From Macrostomum hystrix (taxonomy: Eukaryota > Animalia > Platyhelminthes), in assembly GCA_950097015.1 (NCBI GenBank), contig CATNEN010000033.1:4650001-4714000 (forward strand): a DNA stretch of 64,000 nt, in the 5' to 3' direction. Under the pieces are notes generated by a model. It was not told the DNA's origin. It ran no database searches and saw nothing but the letters and a program-made list of their open reading frames with translations. Positions 11,753-23,200 of this stretch are shown here, in pieces. A program made the position numbers and the translations under genes. Every line of letters starts with the position of its first letter. Position 1 is the stretch's first letter.

Positions 11753-12460
11753 GCTTTTGCCATTCAATCTCAGTGTTTTGTCATTCATACTCAGCCCCCA
11801 TAGAATTAATCCAGCCAGTTGGCGCCGTTTGGTCCATAGACTATCGCTCTGTGCCATTCAATCTCGGGTTTTGTCATTCAAACTCAGGCTTTAGTGTGGA
11901 GAAGGAATGTGGATAAGGAATGAACAGGTTATTATTCCTCAGCTCGGCTCATGTAACACAGGACCGAAAAACAGACTTGTTAAACTTGTTAAACATAATG
12001 CAGTCCATACACATTACAAGTCAAACACCTCTAGCATCATAGTGAGGAACATACGGATTTGAGCGGAATTGTTAATGTCTTGGATCAGAATAGTGACTCA
12101 GAGAAAAGGAATTTGCATAATGCACCGTGGATACAGCCGGCTGCAGGCAGGCAATCTCCCAGTTTGCGGCCTTCAGAGTGTCCAGTGCAACGTGGCCCAG
12201 GCGCTCCATGTAAGCATATGGCCAATGTACGAGTAAGTTGGGCCATATAAGCAAATGCTATGGAAGAAATTTGTAATTTAGCTGTCTTTTGGAGGACTGC
12301 GTTTGAGAGACCGAGCTTATAAAGCCTGAGTTTGAATGACAAAACCCGAGATTGAATGGCACAGAGCGATAGTTTATGGGCCAAACGGCGCCAACTGGCT
12401 GGATTAATTCTATGGGGGCTGAGTATGAATGACAAAACACTGAGATTGAATGGCAAAAGC
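11753..12460. mobile_element. MITE / foldback element with 141-bp terminal inverted repeats
   Basis: 11753-11893 is the reverse complement of 12320-12460 (about 2 mismatches by eye). The 426-bp interior is non-coding. No clear TSD. Confidence 0.88.
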
Positions 12461-12659
12461 GTGTACGTGTACGAGTACTCAGGAATGCTTAAGTAGGTAC
12501 TCACAGCTTCAACTTATCAATGACATGTTTTTGTTTATTGAAGAACGAAATTAAAACGGATATTTTTGTTCAATAATTTGAAAAGCAAAAGCCTATTTGC
12601 CTATTTAGTTCAAGTTTTTTTCAAACGAGATGATCAAATCAGGCGGCCATCCTCTAGAG

Positions 12660-13070
12660 CCCAGATTTGACCACAATCCACCCAGATCCACATATCAGAC
12701 TACTCTCCTCTCATATCTAAGGATTAGACTACAGTCCTCCCAGATCCCAAGATTAAATCACAATCCTCCTAGATCCCCAGATTAAATCACAAAGACCACC
12801 ATCCTCCCAGATCCCCAGATTATTAGACCACAGTCCTCCCAGATCCCAGATTTATTAGACCACAGTCCTCCCAGATCCCAGATTTATTAGACCACAGTCC
12901 TCCCAGATCCTCAGATTTATTAGACCACAGTCCTCCCAGATCCTCAGATTTATTAGACCACAGTCCTCCCAGATCCACAGATTTATTAGATCACAGTCCT
13001 CCCAGATCCCCAGATTAGACCACAGTCCTCCTAGATCCCCAGATTAGACCAAAATACTTTTAGATTCACA
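12660..13070. repeat. Degenerate ~32-33-bp minisatellite (GATTTATTAGACCACAGTCCTCCCAGATCCCA)
   Basis: Tandem periodicity directly visible, just upstream of MBTPS1. Confidence 0.9.
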
Positions 13071-13140
13071 GATTAGCTTTCTCTTACGGTCTTGTTTAGA
13101 TCTGACTGTGAAAGTGGTAGCTTGTTGTCTTTACTAATTG

Positions 13141-13154
13141 GTTGTCATGGCAAC
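13141..13154. promoter_or_regulatory. RFX X-box-like palindrome GTTGTCATGGCAAC
   Basis: Fits the X-box consensus GTHNYY-AT-RRNAAC and lies 71 bp upstream of the likely MBTPS1 ATG. Confidence 0.45.
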
Positions 13155-13224
13155 GCTTTGCAGCTCTTCAGCGCTCTCCCAGCCGCAGAGACGCATCTGG
13201 GCGGCAAGCAGCTGGCCTCCCGTA

Positions 13225-16200
13225 ATGCATTTAATTCCAGAGACAAAATTACCGACTTACTTTCTTCTGTCGCTTCTGACGACGGTATCGCTTGCAACTC
13301 AGACAGACGCGTGCAGCAACGGCGGCTTTTTCGATCCGAGCTCAAGTCGCAACGCCAGTTTCGACGAAATTCCGGATCTGCGCTACGAGTTCTCCACCGA
13401 GACTGTGCCTCGCGAGTACATAGTAGCCTACACTGGTTACCATGACAACGAGGCTCGCGTCCGCCTTCTCTCCGACCTGCTGGCCGGACTGCCCTGCGCC
13501 TGGCGCGTCGTTCGCCGCGACAATCCGGCCGCCCTGCACCCAAGCGACTTCGATCTGCTCCGGCTGGCCTTCAACTGCACGCCTGCCACAGCCGCCGATG
13601 TGTCCCGGCGCCTGCTGACCAGCCGCACCGTCCGCTCCGTGACGCAGCAGCGCCGAGTCACCCGGACCTTGCACGGCTTCGGCCACTTCGACGCCGAAAA
13701 TCATGCGGAGCTGCCGCGCTGGCACAGCCGGCGCAGCTTCAGCCAGGTGCCGTTCGTCGGCGGCGTCGGCCTTGGCGGCGGGAGGTCGGCGCCAACCCAG
13801 ATCACCTCGGCGTTGCAGGCCGACGTTCTGTGGAGCGTCGGCTTCTCCGGCCGCGGCGTCCGAGTGTCCGTGTTCGACACTGGCCTGGAGGCCGGGCACG
13901 GCCATTTCAAACGTGGCCGAGTCAAGGAGCGAAGCAACTGGACCAATGAGAAGACCCTTGACGACGGCCTCGGCCACGGCACCTTTGTGGCCGGGGTCAT
14001 CGCCAGCTACCGGGACTGCCTGGGCTTCGCACCGGACGCTGACTTGTACATATTTCGAGTGTTCACCAATGCTCAGGTGCGTGCCCTCCGAGTTTGCAAT
14101 CCGAGAGCATGGAACTTTAGATCGATCTACCAAAGTAGATGGGATTCCTGTTGTTCATTTTAGGTTTCGGCATACCAAGTAGTGGTTAAAAATTAGTTAT
14201 TCGATTATTTACTTTCGGTTCTTTTTCTGAATTTGGGCTCAAAATCGGATAGGATTTGAGATGGGATTCGGGATAGAGTTTGAGATGGGATTCGGGATAG
14301 GGTTTGAGATGGGATTCGGGATGGGGTTTGAGATGGGATTCGGGATGGGGTTTGAGATGGGATTCGGGATGGGGTTTGAGATGGGATTCGGGATGGGGTT
14401 TGAGATGGGATTCGGGATGGGGTTTGAGATGGGATTCGGGATAGGGTTTGAGATGGGATTCGGGATGGGGTTTGAGATGGGATTCGGGATGGGGTTTCAG
14501 ATGGGATTCTTGATACGCTTTAAAATGGTATTTTGGTATTCGAGTTTGAGCTGGGACTGAGATTGAAATTCCTCCTAATCCTGTCTCCGCTCACAGGTGT
14601 CGTACACCTCCTGGTTCCTGGACGCATTTAACTATGCCATGCTGCGCCGCATCCACGTCATCAACCTTAGCATCGGCGGGCCGGACTTCCTGGACCGGCC
14701 GTTCGTTGACAAAGTCTGGGAGCTCACCAGCAATGGCGTCATCCTGGTGTCGGCCATCGGCAACGACGGTCCGCTCTACGGCACGCTTAACAACCCGGCC
14801 GACCAGATGGACGTTGTCGGCGTCGGCGGCATCGACTTCGACGAACGAGTCGCCAGGTTCAGCTCGCGCGGCATGACCACCTGGGAGCTGCCGGACGGCT
14901 ACGGCCGCCTCAAACCAGACATTGTCACCTACGGCGCCGGCGTCCGTGGCTCCGGGCTCCGGGAGACCTGCCGGGCCCTCAGCGGCACCTCGGTGGCCAG
15001 CCCAGTGGTGGCCGGAGCCGTGGCTTTGCTCTACAGCGCCGTGCTGCACAGGGGCGCCGTCATCAACCCGGCCTCGGTCAAGCAGGCCCTGCTGGCTTCA
15101 GCCAGGCGCCTCCCGGAGGCCAACATGTTTGAGCAGGGCCACGGCAAGCTGGACCTGCTGCGTGCCTACCAGCTGCTGCGGGCCTACAAGCCCCAGGCCA
15201 GCCTGTCTCCCAGCTACATTGACTTCACCGACTGTCCCTACATGTGGCCCTACTGCTCACAGCCCATGTACTACACTGGCCTGCCTGTCATTGTCAATGT
15301 CACCATTCTGAATGGAATGTCGGTGAGTGATGAAACAGCTCCACTTCCCTTTCACTCGTCCGTCTTTATCCCCTCTTCTGTCTCTCATCTCCATCTCCCA
15401 TCGCCCGTCTCATATCTCCCATCTCCAGTCTCCCATCTCCAGTCTCCCATCTCCATCTCGTATCTCAACCTGTCGCCACCTGCAGGTGGCCGGTCGCATT
15501 CGCGGCGCGCCTCTGTGGATCGACGGTCAGAACGGCCGCCTGCTGACGGTGTCGGTGAGCCACTCGGACCTGCTGTGGCCGTGGTCCGGCTGGCTGGCCC
15601 TGCAGCTGGGCATCGCCGAGGCTGGTGCCAGCTTTGATGGCATCGCCGAGGGCTGGTTGAACTTCACCGTCGAAACTGTCGGCGCCGGCGTCGGCGAGGA
15701 GACGTCAACGGACCTCAGCCTGCCCGTGCGAGTGCGCTTGGCGCCCAGGCCGCCTCGCAGCCGCCGGCTCCTCTGGGACCAGTTTCACAGTCTGCGCTAC
15801 CCCTCAGGATATTTTCCCAGGGATAATCTTAGAGTGAAGCTGGACCCGCTGGACTGGCATGGGGATCATCCGCACACAAATTTCAGGGACCTGTACGGCC
15901 GGCTCAGAGCTGCTGGCTACTATGTGGAGGTGAGACCTCAGCCTAATCCCACACTCCCTCAGCCTAATCCCACACTCCCTCAGCCTAATCCCGCACTCCC
16001 TCAGCCTAATCCCACACTCCCTCAGCCTAATCCCGCACTCCCTCAGCCTAATCCCACACTCCCTCAGCCTAATCCCACACATCCTCAGCCTAATCCCGCA
16101 CTCCTTCAGCCTAATCCCAAACTCCCCCAGCCTTATCTCGCACTTTCGGACCAATTGCACCCAGCAGCAAACGCGGCAGTCTAGAATCATCCCATCTTTC

Positions 16201-17879
16201 ACCGTTTGCCACAGGTTGCCGGCCGACCCCTCACCTGCTACAACGCCTCAAACTATGGCGCGCTGCTGCTGATCGACACGGAGGAGGAGTTCTTCCCGGA
16301 GGAGGTGGCCAAGCTCGGTCGCGACGTGGCCGCCGGCCTGTCAGTCGTGGTGCTGGCAGACTGGTACAACGCCAGCGTAATGCGCAGAGTTCGATTCTTT
16401 GACGAGAACACCCGGCAGTGGTGGGTGCCGGACACCGGCGGAGCCAATGTGCCGGCCCTGAACGACCTGCTGTCCCAGTTCGGCGTGGGATTCGGCGATC
16501 GGGTTCTGGACGGAGAATTCCGGCTGGCCGACCATCTCGTACCGTTCTCGTCCGGCTGCAACATTGCCAGGTTCCCCGACGACGGTCGGGTGGTCACCGC
16601 CGCCCTGGCCGACGAGGGTCACGAGCTGATGCAGGTGGGGGCTTGTCAATAGTAATAACTATTTGGAGACACTAGACCGGCAGCCAACCAATTAAGCCAA
16701 TTATGCTCATTTCGCTGACTCCTGAGCACACTCATGCTCACAGTCACACACACATGTGTTCACCTGCCCTGACTTTCTCGTCGTCAGGCAGTGTGCACTT
16801 GGGGTTGGTCCTCAAGGTCGTAAATTGCACGACAAGCCCCCAAGACTTCTCTCTGCGGCTGCGCCCCAAACAAATCTGGGAGTTCAGGGACATTTGGTGC
16901 GAGAGGCAAATGCGTTAACCGCTGTGCTATTCACACCACCTAATGCCATGTTATGGATTTATTTTTGTAATTCGATAGATTTGGTCAAATCCTCTGGCGA
17001 GACAGTATCTTCCACGGTGAGGATTGAGATACTCCTGGTAATCCCTATTTTAATTTTTTACAGGCGGACGGACCCAAGTCTCGGCTGGAGGTGCGCGCCC
17101 CGGTGCTCGGCTTCGCGCAGTCCGGCTCCAGAGCCGGCCGACCCGGAGCCGGTCGCATCGCTGTCTTCGGCGACTCGAACTGTGCCGACTCGGCGCACCA
17201 GCTGGCCGACTGCTACTGGCTGGTGGCAGCCATGCTTAACTATGCCACGGCCGGCCGACTGCCGGGCTTCGCCGAAGCCTCCAGCCCGAGCAGCGTTGCC
17301 ACCAGATTCGACGCCCTGCCGTCGGCCCAGCAGCGGCCGCCGCCGCTGCGCATGGAGGGCAGCCGGCTGCGGCTTCACAGTCGGGTCCTGCTGCCGAACG
17401 CCCCCGATTTCGATGGCAGCGAAGGCCTTCGTCGACACCGTCCGCTCCCCGACTGTCCGCAGCCTGCACCCTGTCGACGAATTGACGACAACACCGAGGA
17501 CAGCGGTCGGCTGCGCAGGCCGGCCTTCCGCGCCGCCAGCCTCGCCCTGCTGCCGGAGGATCGAGTCCCGCTGCCGCCGGATCAGCGGTCCAGCGCCGAC
17601 CTGTCCCCGGAGGCTCTGGCCGCGGCGGCGATCAGCTCCCGGTCCTCCGCTGGCGCCCCGGTGGATCGCGCGTTCCGCCTGTTCGCCCTGTCCTGCACCC
17701 TGTTGGCCGCAGCCGGCCTGCTGGCCTTCGCCGCCTCCTGGTGTCGGCGCCGTCTTCGGCGCGGCGCGCGGCCCGGTCTGGCGCCCGGCGCTCTGGTTCG
17801 CTCGGCGTCCACCGGCATTGACCAGCCGCTGCTGTTTGGCCGCTCAGCCGGTCTGCAGAAGGGATTCAGCATTTTCTGA
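13225..17879 (+). CDS. MBTPS1: Membrane-bound transcription factor site-1 protease (SKI-1/S1P, subtilase S8), ~1085 aa; exons 13225-14076, 14597-15322, 15486-15929, 16215-16634, 17064-17879
   Basis: Signal peptide; catalytic D (VFDTG), H (GHGTFVAG), oxyanion N (IGNDG) and S (GTSVASP). S1P hallmarks [62 protein letters not shown] and [17 protein letters not shown]-terminal TM helix plus basic tail. All junctions are GT-AG and phase 0. Confidence 0.96.
14255..14510. repeat. 24-bp G-rich minisatellite in MBTPS1 intron 1 (GGGGTTTGAGATGGGATTCGGGAT)
   Basis: About 10 tandem copies. Confidence 0.95.
15936..16120. repeat. 21-bp minisatellite in MBTPS1 intron 3 (CTCAGCCTAATCCCACACTCC)
   Basis: About 8 copies starting a few bases after the donor site. 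Confidence 0.95.
16661..16930 (-). mobile_element. tRNA-derived SINE family A in MBTPS1 intron 4
   Basis: A-box TAGCACAGCGG on the minus strand, degenerate B-box region, shared body and 3' end. Confidence 0.82.
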
Positions 17880-18609
17880 AGCTTCGTGTGCCGTTTGCTC
17901 AGTTGATACCTTTTTTATATGCTTGCTGCGTTTCTCATCAAATTTGACGGTATAAAGTGAATTAAAAAAGAATTCGGAATTTTAATATCGTCACTCGTCA
18001 GGAATCTGCTCAAAGCCTTCATTCGGTTTCTCTTTCGATTCCCTAGAAAAAGTGCGATGAAAAAATGCAAACTAGGCAGATTCCTGATTTTCAGTAGATT
18101 CCTAAGCAAATCTCGGCTTAAATTATTTCTGCTATTCATCCTGCAATTCTTAATTAACTTCTTTTCTATAATTCATATTCACAAATAATTTAGTACAACG
18201 GAATGTCAATCGCGCTACTAATAGTAGCTGCTGAATTAAATGGATCGTCCTATCTGCATGCGGCTAATCGCAGGGTGAGTCAGCCGCATGATTGTTGACA
18301 CTGATCTGGCTGTACAATTGAATGCCACGAGTGCTAGGGACTGCTCAAACCGGATCTGCTGTCCCACACTTCCGGTGTGTCTGCGTGCTCTTTTTTATCC
18401 CTAAACCGACTGCCCTTCAACCCTATTTTTCTCCGGTATTTTATTTAAATCCTGTCAAAGTCTTATTCTCATTCTGTTGCATAAATCTTTGTCTACTACT
18501 GCACAACCCCCGACCTGCTTTTTTCCTGCCTATTTTTCCTGTATTTTTTTTCCAATGAGATTGACAATGCTGCTTTGCAACTGATCCCGAATTTCGAATC
18601 CTAGATCCT

Positions 18610-19430
18610 AAAAGTCAAATCACAGATCCTTAAAATAGGATTCCAGATCCAAATTATCAGGTACTATATCCCAAATATCGAATCCCATATCACAAATATC
18701 GGATCCCAGATCACAAATACCGGATCCCAGATCACAAATGCCGGATCCCATATCACAAATGCCGGATCCCATATAACAAATATCGGATCCCAGATCACAA
18801 ATATCGGATCCCATATCACAAATATCGGATCCCAGATCACAAATATCGGATCCCAGATCACAAATATCGGATTCCATATAACAAATGCCGGATTCCATAT
18901 CACAAATGCCGGATTCCATATCACAAATATCGGATCCCATATCACAAATATCGGATTCCATATAACAAATGCCGGATTCCATATCACAAATATCGGATCC
19001 CAGATCACAAATATCGGATTCCATATAACAAATATCGGATCCCAGATCACAAATATCGGATCCCAGATCACAAATATCGGATCCCATATCACAAATATCG
19101 GATCCCATATCACAAATATCGGATTCCATATAACAAATGCCGGATTCCATATCACAAATATCGGATTCCATATCACAAATATCGGATCCCAGATCACAAA
19201 TATCGGATCCCAGATCACAAATATCGGATTCCATATAACAAATGCCGGATTCCATATCACAAATATCGGATCCCATATCACAAATATCGGATCCCATATC
19301 ACAAATATCGGATCCCAGATCACAAATATCGAATTCCTTATCACAAATATCGGATCCCAGATCACAAATATCGAATTCCTTATCACAAATATCGGATCCC
19401 ATATCCCAAATATCCAGATCCAGATCCCAT
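18610..19430. repeat. 21-bp minisatellite (ATCACAAATATCGGATCCCAT/G)
   Basis: About 38 copies with point variants. Confidence 0.96.
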
Positions 19431-19960
19431 TAATCGGCTTCCCGATTCAAAATATTGAGTTCCTGATCCCAAAGCTCTGATCCCATCTCCTAGGCCCTTG
19501 GATCGCATATTAGCAAGAGTTTTCCGGATCTCTGAATTTCTATATTTTATAAGAAAAGACAATGCATGTCTATGTCTGATTTACCTACTTTTGTACAAAG
19601 AAGTTTTCAAATAGTTCGATAATTATTGTCATATTTAAATCATGAACTAGTCAAGTGCCATAACTGCACATCTCCAAGTAGCAGTTTCAAATTCAGTCAT
19701 TAGGACTTTTCAAATTAAAACGTTCCCTGTTTTGCTATTCATAATTGCAATAGTCTTCAACGCCTGTAACACAATTCACTGTGTAAATCAGTACCCACCG
19801 ATCTGCAGTTGCACTTTTCCACGGCTACAACTTACCTGACACACCTGTCGTCTGCTTGCTTTTATCTGTAAATCATGTCTGCTTTTTTTTAAAATAAATT
19901 TGAAGTTTAATATAATCTTCTTAGATCTGCAGCTATTATAACAGGGCCTGTCTTATGTCT

Positions 19961-20060
19961 CAGTAGCAACTCTCTCAGTGCTAGCAATGACCTTTCAGTC
20001 TAGCAACCTCCTAGCAACCAATAACAGCTCATCAATCCTTCCTCTCCCCCTTCCTATAAA
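19961..20060 (+). promoter_or_regulatory. Putative RBBP6 core promoter: TAGCAAC repeats, CCAAT and TATAAA
   Basis: TAGCAAC at 19964, 20001 and 20012; CCAAT near 20018; TATAAA at 20055-20060, ~150 bp upstream of the ATG. Confidence 0.35.
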
Positions 20061-20204
20061 TCTTACCTTGCCCTATCCGCTAGCCCGCTGGGATTTTTTA
20101 GACTAAATAAGAAACAGCATCAGCAGCAGCAGCAGTGATTTCGAAGACATTTTTAATCTCCAACTGACCATTGCTACAAGCCATATTCATTTGATTGCAG
20201 TCTC

Positions 20205-23200
20205 ATGACCGCCAGCGCCGCGACCAGCTCTTCTCAGATCTATTACCGATTCAAGTCCAGTTTGAGTAGGGATGTTGTGCCTATTAGCGGCTCGGTTCTC
20301 AGTGTTCGCGATTTGAAGGCTGCAATTAGAATGAAATGCGGCCTGAAAGGCACCGACTATGACCTGCAGCTGTCAACTGAGGATGGCAAGGGTGAGAGCA
20401 GCAGTTCAAATATACATCCCAACATCGCTTTGACCAATGTGAACAGGCCAGCATTAAACCTGTGACTTTAGTTCTGACTTCGATTAATAAATTGATTTTA
20501 TCTATCTGACTTTAAGTATCTGCTCGACCTGATCAATCTAGATTCCATTATCAGGGGGTTAGGTCTCGGACTCGCGACTCACTAACGTCGGGGGTTCGAT
20601 TCCCGACTCCACTGGAACCATCTGTATCGTTTAGCAAGACATTTAACTCTGCATAGCTTCAGTTCACGCAGTTTTTAATTGGCTTAATTTAGGGTTGGTG
20701 TGGCGTCCCACCAGTCCATGGACTGACCAGCTGTACGCAGCCTTCCAGTGCGCCGCGCAAGCTGCGGTTGTGCTGTCGGCTGAAGCTTGGGGCAAGTCTT
20801 TTATATGGGGAAGTTATGGACCGAGTTTATCGCCGAACCAGCAATATTTACATTTCAGTATTCGACAGCGAAGCAGACCTGGTGCATGAGTTCACTCAGG
20901 TGCTGGTGGCTCGAACTCCAATGCAGAAGGCGGCGGGCGGCAGGCTGCCTCGACTGCCGAAGCAGCAGCAAAACACTGAGACCAGCGTCAGTAATTTTCA
21001 TGTGTCTTCGCCTTCTTTTGTACGAAATATGAACTCTTAGTCATTGCCCTAAACCTGTGAGTGTTTTGAGCCGGTCATTGCTCTAAACCTGTGAGTGTTT
21101 TGAGCCGGTCATTGCTCTAAACCTGTGAGTGTTTTGAGTCAGTCATTACCCTAAACCTGTGAGTGTTTTGAGCCGGTCATTGCTCTAAACCTGTGAGTGT
21201 TTTGAGCCGGTCATTGCTCTAAACCTGTGAGTGTTTTGAGTCAGTCATTACCCTAAACCTGTGAGTGTTTTGAGTCATTCATTACCCTAAACCTGTGAGT
21301 GTTTTGAGCCGGTCATTGCTCTAAACCTGTGAGTGTTTTGAGTCAGTCATTACCCTAAACCTGTGAGTGTTTTGAGTCAGTCATTACCCTAAACCTGTGA
21401 GTGTTTTGAGTCATTCATTACCCTAAACCTGTGAGTGTTTTGAGCCGGTCATTGCTCTAAACCTGAGTGTTTTGAGCCGGTCATTGCTCTAAACCTGTGA
21501 GTGTTTTGAGCCGGTCATTGCTCTAAACCTGAGTGTTTTGAGCCGGTCATTGCTCTAAACCTGAGTGTTTTGAGCCGGTCATTGCTCTAAACCTGAGTGT
21601 TTTGAGCCGGTCATTGCTGTAAACCTGAGTGTTTTGAGCCGGTCATTGCTCTAAACCTGAGTGTTTTGAGCCGGTCATTGCTCTAAACCTGAGTGTTTTG
21701 ATATCTTAGGTAGCCTGACTGCCTTTGCCTGTGTCTATCTCTTTTGAAGCTAGTTAAAAGTGCATCCCTATGCGTGCTCAATGTCTGATTCGGACTGTTT
21801 TCGTGAACGCATGCTCAGCACTTGGGGTGGGCCGGGGAGGCGATTGTCTAGCTGTGATTGTTTGGCTTCATTATTGTTTGTGTTTTGGCTACATTGAGGC
21901 CATATTCTACTGTCTGATACTATGGCCTTTTAAAGAACGCCCATAGACAATGCTCGATAAGCTAGGTATTTGAGCCACAGACGAACCGTCTGCTTTTTTA
22001 CTCTCGAAAACTGAATAAAGTGGATTTTTTGCAAACTGGTATTTTTTATTCGTTAACTTTTCAAGCCTAGCAGCCAAGGAGACTGCGATCCGGCAGCAAC
22101 AGCAGCAGCAACAGCTAAAATACACCACGAACAGTTCTTGATGATGGAGGGCCTCACAGAGGACGAGAAACTGGACCTGGTTATTCGCCAGTCCACTCAG
22201 AAGTATGACACCGTGCGGTGAGTCCTGCTGCTTTCCCTTACCTTCACTTCCCAATCCCTTGGCTACTTCCCTTCACTTCCCAATCCCTTGGCCACTTCCC
22301 TTCACTTCCCAATCCCTTGGCCACTTCCCTTCACTTCCCAATCCCTTGGCCACTTCCCTTCACTTCCCAATCCCTTGGCCACTTCCCTTCACTTCCCAAT
22401 CCCTTGGCCATCACCCCAGCCCTAAAAATCCCCATTTCGCTCCCAAAATCCGCAGCTACCGTAGCCAGCCGTCCCGTCCGGACGGGCCGCCGCCCGCGGG
22501 CTACACTTGCAGCCGCTGTCAGAAGACCGGCAGCCACTGGTCCCGCCAGTGCCCGGGCCTCACTGACTGCGCCGGAAACCGGCTGGATCCGGCCAGGGTG
22601 CAGCGGCCCAGCGGCATTCCCAGCAACTTCCTGCAGATTGTGCCCGACAAAGTTGACGGCGCCTACCTCATGAAGGACGGCCGGTATGCCGTGCCCAAAC
22701 TGGATGCGTGAGTTTGCGAGTTGGCTTTTTTATTTAGACATCTCGCACCCTGTCCTAGGACACAAGCTCACCCTGTCCTAGGACACTAGCTCACCCTGTC
22801 CTAGTGCAAGATGTTCATTTCATAGCACGCCTTGTCCATTCTATTCCAGCGAGGCCAGAGCCCAGGGCAAGAAGGAGAAGCGGCCATTCAGCGCCGAGGA
22901 GAACCCGCAGGACAGCTCAGGCGGCGACCAGACTCCGAAATCGTCGGTCAGCGACAACTCCCAGCCGCAGGCGGATGCGGCCATCGCAGACGAGGATTCT
23001 TCTAGCATCCCATCGGAGGTGCCCAGCTCCATGCGGTGCCTGCTGTGCAGCCAGCTCATGCGGGAGCCGCACATTCTCATCTGCTGCGGCGCCACCGCCT
23101 GCAAGCAGTGCCTGCACGCTGCCCTGTTCGAGGCCAGCAGTCCCAGCCTGCACAAGTGCCCGGCCTGCCGCGAGACCGTGGCCGACGTTGACTGCATGGT

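Noticed and set aside
13145-17955. Antisense and alternative-frame ORFs overlapping MBTPS1, RBBP6, the methyltransferases, NK2.1 and pol
   Set aside because: Shadow ORFs expected from GC-rich coding sequence; no recognisable motifs.
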